From: Octopus sinensis
Lineage: Eukaryota
Direction of reading: 5' to 3'
NCBI RefSeq assembly: GCF_006345805.1
Contig: NC_043006.1
Location: 26,660,001 to 26,724,000 of the forward strand
Length of the DNA: 64,000 nucleotides
The translations under genes and the position numbers were made by a program. The notes below the pieces were generated by a model. The model did no database searches. It worked only from the letters and a program-made list of their open reading frames with translations, and was not told where the DNA came from. The first letter of the stretch is position 1; every line of letters begins with the position of its first letter. Shown here piece by piece: positions 27,027 to 39,604 of this stretch.

Positions 27027-27868
27027 TAACTTTTTTTTTTCCTAGAATCCACAGCTTTATGGGGTAGCTACTACAATTCGCTCAGTGATGTGAAAATAAG
27101 ATAGTAATACAGCTATTAAAATATGAAGCTTTATCAACGTTGTACAGTAGCAGAATATTGTAGCTTGATTAAATCTCCGATTTCGTTCCATACTTGAGAT
27201 TGTTTACTTCATGACAAAATGAAAATAGATTACAACTCTGAAGTTAGATGTGACAAGTGTATAACAAGGCCTTTACCTTTTAGATGTCTCCTATGACTGC
27301 ACTTTTAATTCTACCTATGTAGACAAAGAAAATACTATTTCGAAAGATATATATTCATGCACTGTAATAAACTTCAAACCATCTTACTGTTTTCAAAATA
27401 ATTGTGGTATTCCCACTGGTGGAGTTAGTAATTATTATCTAGAGAAGAGAGCAGTGGAATGTAAGAAATTTTGAACCTTTTGGGGTTGAGTATTTTTTTT
27501 TATCTATCGGAGCTTTAAAGAAATATCAGCCATGAGCTAAGTAGATTTAATCGCTAAGTACGTCCCCTACAAATTGTGCGTCATCTTGTGAACCAAACTG
27601 TTTTAGTTTCAAACCCCGAGTCATTGCTATAAGATCAGATAAAGAAAAAAAGAAGATCCAAACATGTGACTTTCTGTAAGACATTAATACATAAACGTAT
27701 CCGTTCCCTTATTGTAAACCCGCAAAAACTCCACAATTGATGAGACATCACTCGCGATGCTTTTGTGGTTTTCATTAAAACTGGTCCCGTTCTTTTTATT
27801 TCGTGATACACTAGTAAGCAAATATTTTGTCCATAAAATTTCTTAAATGTGCTTTCAAAAGGTATTTA

Positions 27869-28073
27869 TAGTAATCCCTCTACTATCGCTGGTGTTCCGT
27901 TCCCCCTCAGTTCGCGCGATAGGTGAAAATACGCGAAGTAGAAACAGTATTGTATTGCATTATTTTTATTTTTATAATTTGTATATATTTATTTTATTAT
28001 AAATGCAAAACAACACCACGGAGGAATCGACGTAAGTTTAAATAATATACCGCGGTATGGAGAGGGATTACTG
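27869..28073. mobile_element. Tc1/pogo-type MITE
   Basis: TA|(t)agtaatccctctactatcgc ... gcggtatggagagggattactg|TA; 205 bp. Confidence 0.75.
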
Positions 28074-28443
28074 TATATAATTTGGCTTATTAATATGAAA
28101 TGCTTTATGCACAGAATCTTAAGGACAGATATCAAAACTTGATGTATTTAAAATTAGCGGTTTGTATTTTTCGCATTTTTTAAATATATTATATTGGGGC
28201 ACACCCAGTTTACATATCGCAGTACGCTGACACATAGTGTATAAGAATGTAGATATTATTATTATGACGATGAGCCAGACTTTCCTAAATAAAATAGCTA
28301 TAAATATCTCTAATTATGTATAGTACAGTTTGTTTCAGATTGGATTACAAATATAAACGATGTTGCATCCTAAATAAGGTAAACGGAAATTGATGCAAAA
28401 TAATCAGTTATGTAGTTTTCGTTTCGGCAGAAGATTGAGCGAA

Positions 28444-28450
28444 ATGGCAG
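28444..28450 (+). CDS. Candidate first coding exon (ATG GCA G) of the downstream gene
   Basis: gcgaaATGGCAG|gtaaat in a CpG-retaining stretch followed by T-rich intron-like DNA; phase 1, compatible with the 57539 exon. Confidence 0.4.
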
Positions 28451-29239
28451 GTAAATCGCTATTTCAGCTTGCCTGTGATTTAATTTGCTTCATATTAAAG
28501 CAATTTTTTCAGTTATAACTTCTAAATTAATAATAATGCAACTTATGAGTGGGATGTTGACTTTTTCCTAACAAAATTTCATTTTCTGTTAATGTTCTGT
28601 TCGTTGAAACGTTTTCTTTTGTAACTCTTGATTTGTTTTCAGCGTGTTAATATTTTGCTTATAACAAAGTTGTCTAATTCTTTATATTCTCATTATTACA
28701 CGATAAATGCTTTTTATGTAGCGCTGAAATTCTTTATTGTAATAATTTTCGAATAGTAGCTCCTCTTAATTTTGTCTCTTCTCATTAGCTAGAGTGTAAT
28801 AAATTAATGAAAAACTTTATTATGAACTTTTTATTAGAGGAGCCGTTACAAATTTTATGTTTTATATTAGTTAGTTACTAATTGCTAAATTCAAATGGTT
28901 TTATGATCTAAAAATAATTTTCTTAGGTGGAAGCTAAATTTCTTGAGATATATTTTTTGCTTAATTTTCTGTACAGTAAACGGTTTATTGTACATGCTTT
29001 TAGTTAGAAGTTTAGTGATCGTGAAAGAAATTTTCTTTTTTACACTACACTGCGACCACCTTGTTTGTAATAGGGAATAAGTTTTGATACAATCGGAATT
29101 TTTGCTGTGGCTTCTAATTGTTTTGTTGTTACTCTTCCATTTTGCATTAGTGTTTGAGATGGGAATTTGTGATTATATAGAGTTGTTGTTTGTAGCAGAT
29201 GTAAAAGAAATTATTCAGTAAGATTTATATATATATAGA

Positions 29240-29580
29240 TTGGTTTCGGCCATTATTGGTCCAGGTCATGGCTAACTCAATAACACCACCTGGAAAAGTC
29301 TTTTAGTTAGTTATTTCGGGACAACCAACTCTCAAGCAGAGAGTTGGTTTAGACGTATCCCGATGTAGGCGGTTTATCCGGTATTTCCTGGAGGAATTTG
29401 TCCCGGTACCGTTTGAAAGCTGTGGGATCTTTTTCTACTTTGATTTCCTTTGGCATTGAAATGTGCAGGACCATTTGCAGTGAAGAAATTGTGTCGCAAT
29501 GTTCTTATGTGATGTGATCTCGACCTTTGTAGGGGACGTATTGCACGGGGGCCTTGTCTTGGGTGAATTGTAAACATAAA
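29240..29580 (-). mobile_element. CR1/L2-like LINE 3-prime end
   Basis: RQGPRAIRP..RTLRHNFFTANGP.HFN / FKRYRDKFLQEIPDKP. Confidence 0.75.
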
Positions 29581-30324
29581 AAAATTATCATTTTAGGGTT
29601 TTCCTTTCAGTTTCATAAACTTTAGCATTAGTTTTCCTTTCGTCGATTTTCACTTAGCTTGACATATCTAATAACTCATTTCTTATGTGCTCTTTTCTTG
29701 CAAAGCAAATGAGTGAAAAGTCTATTTTGCCTTCTCATTAATTAAGAAAGAGGTGCCGAAAATTTACCTAATATTTCGACAAAAGTTAGCTGGAGTGGAA
29801 TGGGGCTTATATGCTGATGAATTTCTTGTTTCTTTTGGGCTGGTATCATTCTGAAAGACAGGTAAGGAGTTTTAAAAAATGAAATTTTGGAAAAAGATAT
29901 TTTTCAGAGCTTTAGCTGCTATTTCTAGAATGCGGGACGATTGCGTTGAGGCCTCCATCATTTCGTCTGCTGGCTCGGAAAGATTTCACGCATGCGTAAA
30001 TGAGCAGACGAGTTTAAAAACATCCGGAATGTCGTCAATGACGGGTGAGATGAGGAATCCGAAAGGTGGGAGAGGGGTTACAATTGAAATTTTTGTAAAC
30101 AAAAATATCTAAGGTAAATTACCAAATCGGCGTAACTTCGGTATAAGTACCGGATACATTTCAAGAAAGTGTTTTTTTTATATATATATATGGTGGGGTT
30201 AGGTTTAGGGGTGGGAGAAAAGGGTTTCTGTTATCTTCAGAAATGTAAACAAAGTCACGTGTGTACTTATATCGAAGGATCGCCACCAAATCTACTTTTC
30301 AAAATCTGCTCTCCATGTGGAATT

Positions 30325-31120
30325 CCGAATTTGGAAAGACTTCCGCCCACCTCCCATTTTCTCCCAAATTTGTTTATTTTTTTTTATTGTTTTTGTCAAC
30401 AATAGGCGCAGAAGTGGCTGTGTGGTAAGTAGCTTGCTAACCAACCACATGGTTCCGGGTTCAGTCCCACTGCGTGGTACCTTGGGCAAGTGTCTTCTGC
30501 TATAGCCTCGGGCCGACCAAAGCCTTGTGAGTGGATTTGGTAGACGGAAACTGAAAGAAGCCTGTCGTATATATGTATATATATATATATATGTATGTGT
30601 GTTTGTTTGTGTGTCTGTGTTTGTCCCCCTAGCATTGCTTGACAACCGATGCTGGTGTGTTTACGTCCCCGTCACTTAGCGGTTCGGCAAAACAGTGACC
30701 GATAGAATAAGTACTGTGCTTACAAAAAAAGAATAAGTCCCAGGGTCGAGTTGCTCGACTAAAGGCGGTGGTCCAGCATGGCCGCAGTCAAATGACTGAA
30801 ACAAGTAAAAGAGTAAAGAGTAAACCCCTGTTTTCGGATACGGAGGCTCCGGAAAATTGCCAAACATCGGCAGTTAACCCCCCCCCCCCAAACATTCTTC
30901 AATTTTGACTTTTTCCCCAACACTAACCCTAACTCGGAAAGACTTCCACTCGTCCCCCCCCCTTTTCTCCCAAATTTGCTTATTTAAAAAGAATTTTTTG
31001 CCAAAAACCCTTATTTTCGGATACAGAGGTTCTGGAAAATTGCCAAAAATCAGCAGTTAAATTTCCCCCCCAATTCTTTAATTTTGACTTTTTACCCCAA
31101 CACTAACGCTGGCCCTAACT
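30325..31120. repeat. Unclassified ~183-bp tandem units interrupted by a SINE
   Basis: ttttcggatac at 30831 and 31014; ggaaagacttcc at ~30333 and ~30937; ccccaacactaac in each unit. Confidence 0.65.
30405..30821 (+). mobile_element. SINE family A (tRNA-like head, CORE-like centre, CR1-like tail)
   Basis: ggcgca..tggctgtgtggtaag (A box), ggttcagtcc (B box), ccttgggcaagtgtctt; tail shared with the CR1 end at ~32550; copies at 38202-38627(-), 45815-46195(-), 48923-49346(-), 60263-60675(+) and a variant at 14270-14640. Confidence 0.88.
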
Positions 31121-31433
31121 GTAAGTACAGAAATGTTTTTAATTTTTTGTCCGAATCATAATGTCCGTATTTTTCTGCATATTTAGAAAAAAAAAAAATC
31201 TTTAAAAAAATTTTACAAAACGTTTTGGAAATTTTAATCTCCGTATTTTTCTGCATATTTTGAAAAAAATTTCTGAAAAATGAAGGAAATGGGAGTAGTG
31301 ATTTAAAAAGCCAATTTTTTTGCAGATTCGTATTCCCCGTAGCCAAAAGGGGTGGGGGTTGTCTCGAAAAAAATTTTTAAGCGGGTGGCTTTTTTTGGGT
31401 GGGGGATGGGCAGAAGTCTTGCCACAACTTGTA

Positions 31434-31614
31434 ACAAAAACATCTTTAGATGATTTTTTCCGGAGCATATTCACCATCTACTTCAATTATTGCTTCCCAT
31501 TTGCTTTGCAGATGGTCAGACCGTCATTTAAAGATGTTTTTGTTAAATATCATTATTGCTTTTGTTGAATAAAATTTGTTGATAAAAAGCCGCAATAATT
31601 ATGCACCAACCCAA
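31434..31614 (-). mobile_element. Mariner-derived MITE, left end truncated
   Basis: Hsmar1/MADE1-like TIR ttgggttggtgcataattattgcgg on the minus strand; inner 22-bp inverted repeat; centre encodes a transposase C-terminus (DHLQSKWEAIIEVDGEY). Confidence 0.7.
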
Positions 31615-32249
31615 TATTACTTTGAAAATGTGGCTTACCTAAAGAACGAATGATTTCCGACGGTTGTGATGGTCAGATTCATTCAAAATACTGAAAACAA
31701 TAGAGAATTCACATAAATTTCTCCTTCATAGACGAATATAATAGTAAATTCATGCCGTTTAATTCTGTTTTCTATAACTTTTATACCGATTATAACAGGT
31801 TCGGCTGTTTTTCTGATACGGCTAACTTTCAGGTAAGCTTTTACTATTTACATCCATCTCACTTTGAATGGGTAGTTTACCTTAAAAAACAAGTTATTTT
31901 TCCGATGGTTTTCATTTGTCATGGGAAAACTACGGTCCACCTGATGACAAGTCATATCTCAAGACAGGCTGCCCGTGCATGGTTTCAATGGTTAGAATCA
32001 TTTAAAACCATCAAAAACCATCAAAAAAATATATACAGGGGACATGAGTATGATTTACTTTTGACTTTGAGAAAACAATATTTTTGCAAATATTCACTAC
32101 CATACAAAAATTATATCAGTTTAAGCAAATGACCTTCTCTAAATGCATTAAAAACATTTTTCATAATCTGAACACTATTTCAGAAAATTATCACCGTTCT
32201 TTTTGAGCATATAAAAGACAAATCTAGCTGGGGCAAAATGGGTGAGATA

Positions 32250-32600
32250 AGGTAAATCTGCTTCTTTGTTTCCCCAGAAATGCATTTGTCAAGATGTAGG
32301 ACAAGATACTGTGGTAGCCTGGGCTTCAGAGGTCCACAGCTCTTCAATATCCTCCTAAAGGACCTGAGAGACCTGCATGGGATGCAGATGTCTTTAAAAT
32401 AAAACTGGATCTCTTCCTGTCAGGTGTCCCAGATGAACCAACTTCATGGCAGGAGGTACAGATGAGGGCAGCTGCATCGAACTCTCTCATGCACCAAATG
32501 GCAATTGCTAAAAAGCATTCGTGAAGTAAAATCATGTAGCAACACCGAATGGCGGTGCCACAGCTTGTAAGCTGAAACTAGATAAAATAAAAAAAATTAA
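32250..32600 (+). mobile_element. CR1/L2-like LINE 3-prime end
   Basis: GPQLFNIL..FKIKLDLFLSGVPDEP..NSL; ends ggcggtgccacagc..gctgaaactagataaaataaaa. Confidence 0.75.
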
Positions 32601-33559
32601 AATAAAAACATCAGTATTCATCCTTAGATATCAGAAATATGACAAAAATTTAAAATATCTCGGTCAAATTGAAAGAGGATCATGGAAAAGTGACATATGA
32701 TATCAAATTCAACTAAATCTGAAAATTCCACATATAATATTCTCTATAGCTCCTTCACAATCTGCTGGAATGGCTCTCTTCATGATATATTTACATACCA
32801 TGAAGTTAAAAAGAAGAAATTATTGAAATTAGTCATGATTCATTTTGCCCCAGTTTAGACGTCACTTATTTAAATTAAATATTATCAAATTAGACACTTG
32901 TGTGCATAAAAAATCGACTTGGAATCCTATAGAGGAAAGAATATTGATTGTTATATGCCAAAACTTATCCAGATATTTTATTAGCAACCTCAGTTACGAC
33001 TGGTTCAAAGTTAAGAAAAAATTCCTTGAGAAAAATTACCCAATTCCTGACTATGTTTCAAACTCTCTCAACTTCAACAACAGTGCTGGCTTGTTTTTAC
33101 TTCAAAAGATGAAGCAATACTTGCAGCTTCATGGTTTGAAACAGACAGGGAGAAAATAATGAGAAATCAGAAGTTACTCAAGGCCCAAAAGTTTTGGGGA
33201 CGGGGCCAGTTGATCAGATTGACCCCGGTACACAACCAGTACTTAATTTATCGACCCCGAAAGCATGAAAGGCAAAGTCAACCTCAGCAGAATTTGAACT
33301 CAGAACGTAAAGACAGACGAAATACTGCTAGCATTTCGGTCGGCATGCTAGCGTTTCTGCCAGCTCGCCATATAGATATTTATGTATTAACAGAGCAAAC
33401 TTATTCATTGTACAAAGACACAGAAAATGAAGGGGAGAAAGTATGGTGTTATAGGTCTGACAGCTGTTTCTGGGGGCTTGGAATTACTTCATAGTATTGA
33501 CAGATGTATTTCACAAAAAGTCAAGGATATACAACCAGTAGTGGAAGCATATAAACATT

Positions 33560-35340
33560 AGGTAGATCCAATTTCCATCTTCAGGGTGGAGAGATAGATA
33601 TCTAACATTTCAAGCCATAATGCAAGAAAATTTAAAGGTGGAGTGAGTGAAAAGGAAGGCAAGCAGAAGTGGAGGGAAGAAGTAGTCAGTTTGATGGGGG
33701 TGTCAAGCGTGTTAAAGCAAGGAAGAGCAAGAAGCGATAAGAGAGTCAGATTAGAAAGAAGGAAAGGTGAGTGAACAGGGTATTGAAAGAAGTAGAAGTG
33801 GAAGGGGTAGCATTGTTGGGTTTGACAAAATATGTTAATAGAGATGGTGGGGCTATCGAACTGAGAAGGGGAATTGGAATAGTGAGAGAAGGGAGGGAAA
33901 AGATCTAGTAGATGCCAGTAGGGTGGCGAAAGGTGGATTCAAAGAATGACCATAGGTTGGTTGGTAGTGGAGGAAAAGTGTTGAAGTATGAGAGTAAATA
34001 AGAAGAATAGGTTGGTAGCAAAGGCAAGGGGTGGTGGTGTTAAGCAGTTCTGGTTGAAGAAGCAAAGTGGAGATGGGAAAGGAATTGAAAGTATGAGGAT
34101 GGGGTAGCTGTAAAAGGAAATGTGCTGGGTAAGAGGGATTTGCAAAGGTAATCATAAGAAGAAATATATGATAGAAAGGATATATTACTAGTGTAACTTA
34201 AGATAATGTTGTAGTGTGGGAATCACATAGATTTTACATAATGGGAAAACGATGAGTAGAATTTGTGCTTACATGAAAGTATTATATCCGAGAATTTATT
34301 AAGTAATGGTAGGGTTGTGGTTGCAAAGGATGGCAAGTGATTCTCTTTTAAACAGTTTACAAACTCCAAGGCTAGTGGTTGTACGGTGGAACCCTACAGA
34401 TAATGGACCAGGATAGGGTATAGGGGATGTTTTGGAACTTGAGGTTGTGTATGTGATTTGCTAAAGAGATAGATAATTTAGAAGTTTGATTGGAGAAGGA
34501 ATTCATGCATGCTCAGTAGCAGTGGTTGAAATCAACAGTGCAGCAAATATACACCCTTGCCTATAGGAATGTGGTGTTACTACCTGACATTTGTAGGTTA
34601 CATTTTTGCATAGATAGAAACATCCAAGAAGTCGGAGTTGAGACACCCAGAAATTGCAAGTTTCCTTCCTTGCACTAGAGTTGAAGCTGATCCTTGAAAA
34701 GGTCTGGTTTGTATGATCAATTACCTCTGAAGAAACACTAGAGGTATTATTACTACTGATGTTAGATTTGGAGGGTGCATCACTGCTGTTATATGTGACA
34801 ATACCAGTAGTAGTATGGAGAGTATCATTGAGGCAGGTATTGAATCAGATGGGGTTCAGGTGCATGGATCATAGGGCCCAAAGACAGGTGGTGAAGTTTG
34901 CATCTACTACAGGAGGCGATTATGGATCCTATGTTAGGCATGGTGGAGTAGGAGATTTTAATAGATGATTTATTGAAGATAGGGTGATGCTATGTTGCGG
35001 TGAGAAATTGAGTACAGAATTTTAAAGAAACTAGAAGGGAGAAAGGTTGCAAGAACCATAGGTTTTCCTGGTTCCTGGCCTTTGAGGGCTTAGAGTGCAG
35101 GGGAAACCACTGATCTGGAAAGCTGGGTTATAATATGGGGTATGATTGTTAAAGATATCTTTATTTGATAAGCCTAAAATTCTAATAGAGATAAGTTACA
35201 ATGTTATTAAGTGCAGGGATACGACGTTGCCATATTGTGGTAAATTCATTGGGTTTATGAAAAGGGTAATATAAATTTGCAACTAAGTTGTGAGTGATAT
35301 CTGAGAAATTGGCAAATTTAGTGTTATTTTCACAAGAAAT
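33560..35340 (-). mobile_element. Degenerate Penelope-like element (RT linker, C-terminal GIY-YIG, CT-rich tail)
   Basis: Minus-strand remnants PFHKPN, IFNKSSIKISYSTMPNIGSIIA, CKNVTYKCQV and LANHIHNLK..WSII..PPY; same family as 52700-52940. Confidence 0.65.
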
Positions 35341-35461
35341 TATTAGATGAATTTCACTGATGGTTCAGATAAACCAGCAGTTATATATATATATATATAC
35401 ACACACAAACACATATATGTGCAATAAATATATGTCTATAGGTAAATCTTTATATATATAT

Positions 35462-37252
35462 ATCATCATCATCATCATCATTTGACATCTGTTTTCCATG
35501 CTAGCATGGGTTGGATGGTTCGACCAGGGTCTGAGAAGCCAGGAAGCTGCACTAGGCTCCAATCTCATCTGGCAGTGTTTCTACAGCTGGATGCCCTTCC
35601 TAACGCCAATCGCTCCGTGAGTGTTGTGGGTGCTTTTTACGTGCCACTGGCATGGAAGCCAGTCAAGGCAATGCTGGCATTGGCCACATTCAGATGGTCC
35701 TTTTTGCGTGCCACCAGCACAGGTATCACAACTACAATTTCCATTTTATTTTTATTTTGATGTTGATGTACTTGACTCAATAGGTCTCCTCAAGCACAGC
35801 AGGTCGCCCTACGATCCAAGGTAAGCACAGCAGGCCGTTTTGCAATCCAAGGTACTTTGGATGGGCTGGGGCTGCTATGTGAAACTGGTGCAGGAAACAG
35901 CCATGAAGTCACATTATTTGTCAGGTCTTCACAGTCACAGCATATCTCCAGAGATCTCGGTCTGTGAGGCCCAACATTTGAAGGTCATGCTTGACCACCT
36001 TGTCCCATGTCTTCCTGGGTCTACCTCTCCCCCGGATTCCTTCAACTGTGTGGGAGTGGCACTTCTTCACACAGCTCTCCTCATCCATCCGTAGTACATG
36101 ACCATACCAGCACAAACATCTCTCTTGCATGCCACATCCAATGCTTCTTATGTCCAGCATAGAGGAGCTCCCAGGGGCAACCCATCTTGAATTCCTCTGT
36201 TATTGCCTGGAGGACTATGATGAATAGAAGAGGACTTAGGGCTGAACCTTGGTGGACCGCTACTTCTACCCGGAATTCCACACTATATTCGTTGCCAATC
36301 CTAACCTTACTAATGGCCTCTCTGTATAGGGCCTGTACAGCCCTTATTAACCAGTCGTCTATCTCCAGTTTCCGCATTGTCCGCCAGATAAGGGATTGGG
36401 GGACCCTGTCAAAGGCTTTCTCCAAGTCCACAAAAGCTAAGTAGAGGGGTTTATCTTTAGCTAGGTATTTCTTCTGTAGTTGTTGAACCAGGAATATGGC
36501 ATCAGTAGTGCTTCTACCCAGAACAAAACCGAGCCGCATCTCATCTAAGCAGACTCTCTCCCTAATGAGTTAGACTATGACCCACTCTGTGACCTTCATC
36601 GCTTGATCCAGCAGTTTGATACCCCTGTAGTTATTTCTATCTAGAGCATCACCTTTACCCTTGTAGCAGTTGACTATGGTGCTGCTACACCAGTCATTGG
36701 GTATGACTCCATTATGAACTACCTGGTTTACAATGCGGGTGACTAGGCCATAGCCCACACCACCAGATGTTTTAAGCATCTCATCAGTGATTCCGGATAG
36801 GCCGGGGGCTTTTCTTGGCTTCATACCCTTAATTGCTTTATCTACTAGGGAGCTGTCTATTGGGATAGCTGGTCCCTCTACTGGGTCAACATTTGGCAGG
36901 CTCTCCTCCTCCCATTCATTCTCCACATTCAGCAGTCTTTCATAATGGCTTCTCCGAGCCTCTTTCTTTTCAGAAACATTGAAAGCAAGTGCACCATCAT
37001 CCATGCAGATGGATTTCTCTCCTGTAACATCACAATATTCTCTCACACACTGTCTAGCAATCCGAAATACCTCAGTTCTTTGGTCCTCCCGTCGCTGGAC
37101 ATTGGCAAACTTCTTTTCTGCTTCACCCTTGGCTATGTATACCTGCCACCCAGCCTCCGTTTTGGCTACCTGGTACAGTTCCCTGCTACCCCCATCCCTC
37201 CAGGCTTTCCAGGCCTGTTTCTTTGCTCTAATGGGTTTGTCTACCGTACTAT
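35462..37252 (-). mobile_element. RTE LINE with an internal RT deletion
   Basis: RNNYRGIKLL, GF..GRSTTDAIF, FVDLEKAFDRVP, VHQGSALSPLLF; ELLYA is fused directly to the C-terminal DIRSIGCG at ~36145. Confidence 0.92.
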
Positions 37253-37294
37253 TTCAATATATATATACACATATATAAATGTATATGTAGATAG

Positions 37295-37340
<46 letters not shown>

Positions 37341-37430
37341 ATAATATTAGGGAATATTATTCCAAACTTACAGGGAAAAATACAATTTAGTAATACTAAA
37401 TCAAATTTCACAATATATAATATATGTATA

Positions 37431-39012
37431 TAAATTAGAGAAGAACCACCTTTTATCAATTCAACAATGATATAATTAATGATATAAAAAAAAATTTAAA
37501 TATGTGGTAAAAACATATACCAATAATTAAGTAAAGTACTAAATAAATTAAAATTATATAATTGGTAAAACGACTACACGTGTTTGTTTCATGGTTATAT
37601 TTTCAAACTGATAACAGTAAAATCAATTCATTTTAAATATAGTCAATCTTCAGGTCCAAGATAAAAATAATAAAATAATTGAATAAATAAATATATGTAT
37701 ATAATCTTGTAAGAAAATATAAATAAATATAAAAATACATAATTTTACAATAAAAATCAAAACAAAATACAATAATGTATCATAAAATACAAACACGAAA
37801 TATCTTAAATATATTATGGTATAAATATTTATTATATCTATGAAAATAGATTTTAACTTATATAAGAAAAGAATGACAAACTATAATATATCATTACTAG
37901 AAAATTAAAATACAAGTACTTAAAATATTTAAAACAAATAAATATATATATATAAAATACAAAATATACATAAGGTGAAAACTAAAATACTATAATTTAA
38001 TCTATTTACATTAAATTAAATTATTTATTTAATAAACATCTAAGTTAAATCTTATTCTAATTAAGTAATATATACTAAAAAAACTTCATGCTAACTTATA
38101 TACATAATGCTAGTACACACTATGACTACTGGAATTAAAAATTGAAAATGGTTCAAATATATACACACCTATTATTTAAACTTATATTATTAATTTATAT
38201 ATACTCTTATTCTTTACTCTTTTACTGGTTTCAGTCATTTGACTGCAGCCATGCTGGAGCACCCCCTTTAGTCGAGCAAATCGACCCCGGGACTTATTCT
38301 TTGTAAGCCCAGTACTTATTCTATCGGTCTCTTTTTGCAGAACCGCTAAGTGACGGGGACGTAAACACACCAGCATCAGTTGTCAAGCGATGTTGGGGGG
38401 TACAAACACAGACACACAAACATATACACACACATAAATATATATATATATATATACATATATACGACAGGCTTCTTTCAGTTTCCGTCTACCAAATCCA
38501 CTCACAAGGCATTGGTCGGCCCGAGGCTATAGCAGAAGACACTTTCCCAAGATGCCACGCAGTGGGACTGAACCCGAAACCATGTGGTTGGTAAGCAAGC
38601 TACTTACCACACAGCCACTCTTGCGCCTATAGTATATATAGATTTAATATTACACTCACTTATAGAATTAAACAAAATATCACTTAATATTAAAAGTATT
38701 TACTTCAATGTAATGCTACAAAAATAAAACTCCTAACTATTAGATAATATTTTGTCTTACAAAACTATTTCACAAAATAAATTACATAATACGTTAATTC
38801 ACATAATAATAATAATAATAAAAATAATAATTAAATAGATATATGTGTAGTCCTTTTACCAATTATATACTGTTTATTTATTATTTTGAACTTTACATAA
38901 TTATTGGTATATGTTTCTATCGTATTTTTAATTTTTTTCTATATGGTATAATTTAATTATATCATTGTTATTTCATTGTTGAATTGATAAAAGGTGGTTC
39001 TTCTCTAATTTA
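37431..39012. repeat. 40-bp perfect inverted termini related to PLE pseudo-LTR ends
   Basis: 37431-37470 is the reverse complement of 38973-39012; resembles taaattagagacaaaaccac at the start of the 41-kb palindrome. Confidence 0.75.
37572..37656 (-). ncRNA. Decayed hammerhead-like motif
   Basis: GAC-CUGAAGA-(long AU stem-loop)-GAAAC-AAAC-ACGUG-UA^GUC; palindrome CACGUG kept, but an extra AAAC splits the core. Confidence 0.4.
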
Positions 39013-39228
39013 TATATATATATACATGGGTAGATGTGCATATATATATATATATATATTAATAGTTATCGCCAAGCAAATATGGCAGTCCATAAATATA
39101 GGATGAAAGCTGCCATTGATTAGCTCCAAGAGGTCATCGCCTCTAGCTAGCTATATGACACAGCAACCTGTGCCCATTATAACCTTCGAACAGGGGAGGT
39201 CAGCCGCTTCCCCTTGCTGATTAGGCAA

Positions 39229-39264
39229 CTTCAGACATGTTTCAGGGTATTTGCCCTTCATCAA
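39229..39264 (-). ncRNA. Hammerhead-like motif, stem I 5-prime strand lost
   Basis: UUGAUGA-AGGG(CAAAUA)CCCU-GAAA-CAUG-UC^UGAAG; upstream flank is a TA repeat. Confidence 0.5.
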
Positions 39265-39604
39265 TATATATAATTATATATACTAAGTAATTAAGGGTTT
39301 AGCAACGATTTGCCTCACCACACACCGAATTTAGAAATAGCAGTCAAAGAGTTATAGCTATTCTTTCTACTAAATATAATTATATATCATCATCATCATC
39401 ATCATTTAACGTCCGTTCTCCATGCTAGCATGGGTTGGACGGTTCGACCGGGGTTCTGGGAAGCCAGAAGGCTGCACCAGGCTCCAGTCTAATCTGGCAA
39501 TGTTTCTACAGCTGGATGCCCTTCCTAACGCCATATATATATTATATTATATTATGTTATATACATTATGTGTCTAACATACATATGTACAACTTATATA
39601 TATA

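Noticed and set aside
29790-29861. Donor cag|gtaagg with hydrophobic MLMNFLFLLGW as a signal exon
   Set aside because: The open frame ends in phase 0; the phase-1 frame has a stop.
31937-31970. CTGATGA followed by a small stem
   Set aside because: No GAAA or NUH half. The same applies to CTGAAGA at ~34727 and ~53518.
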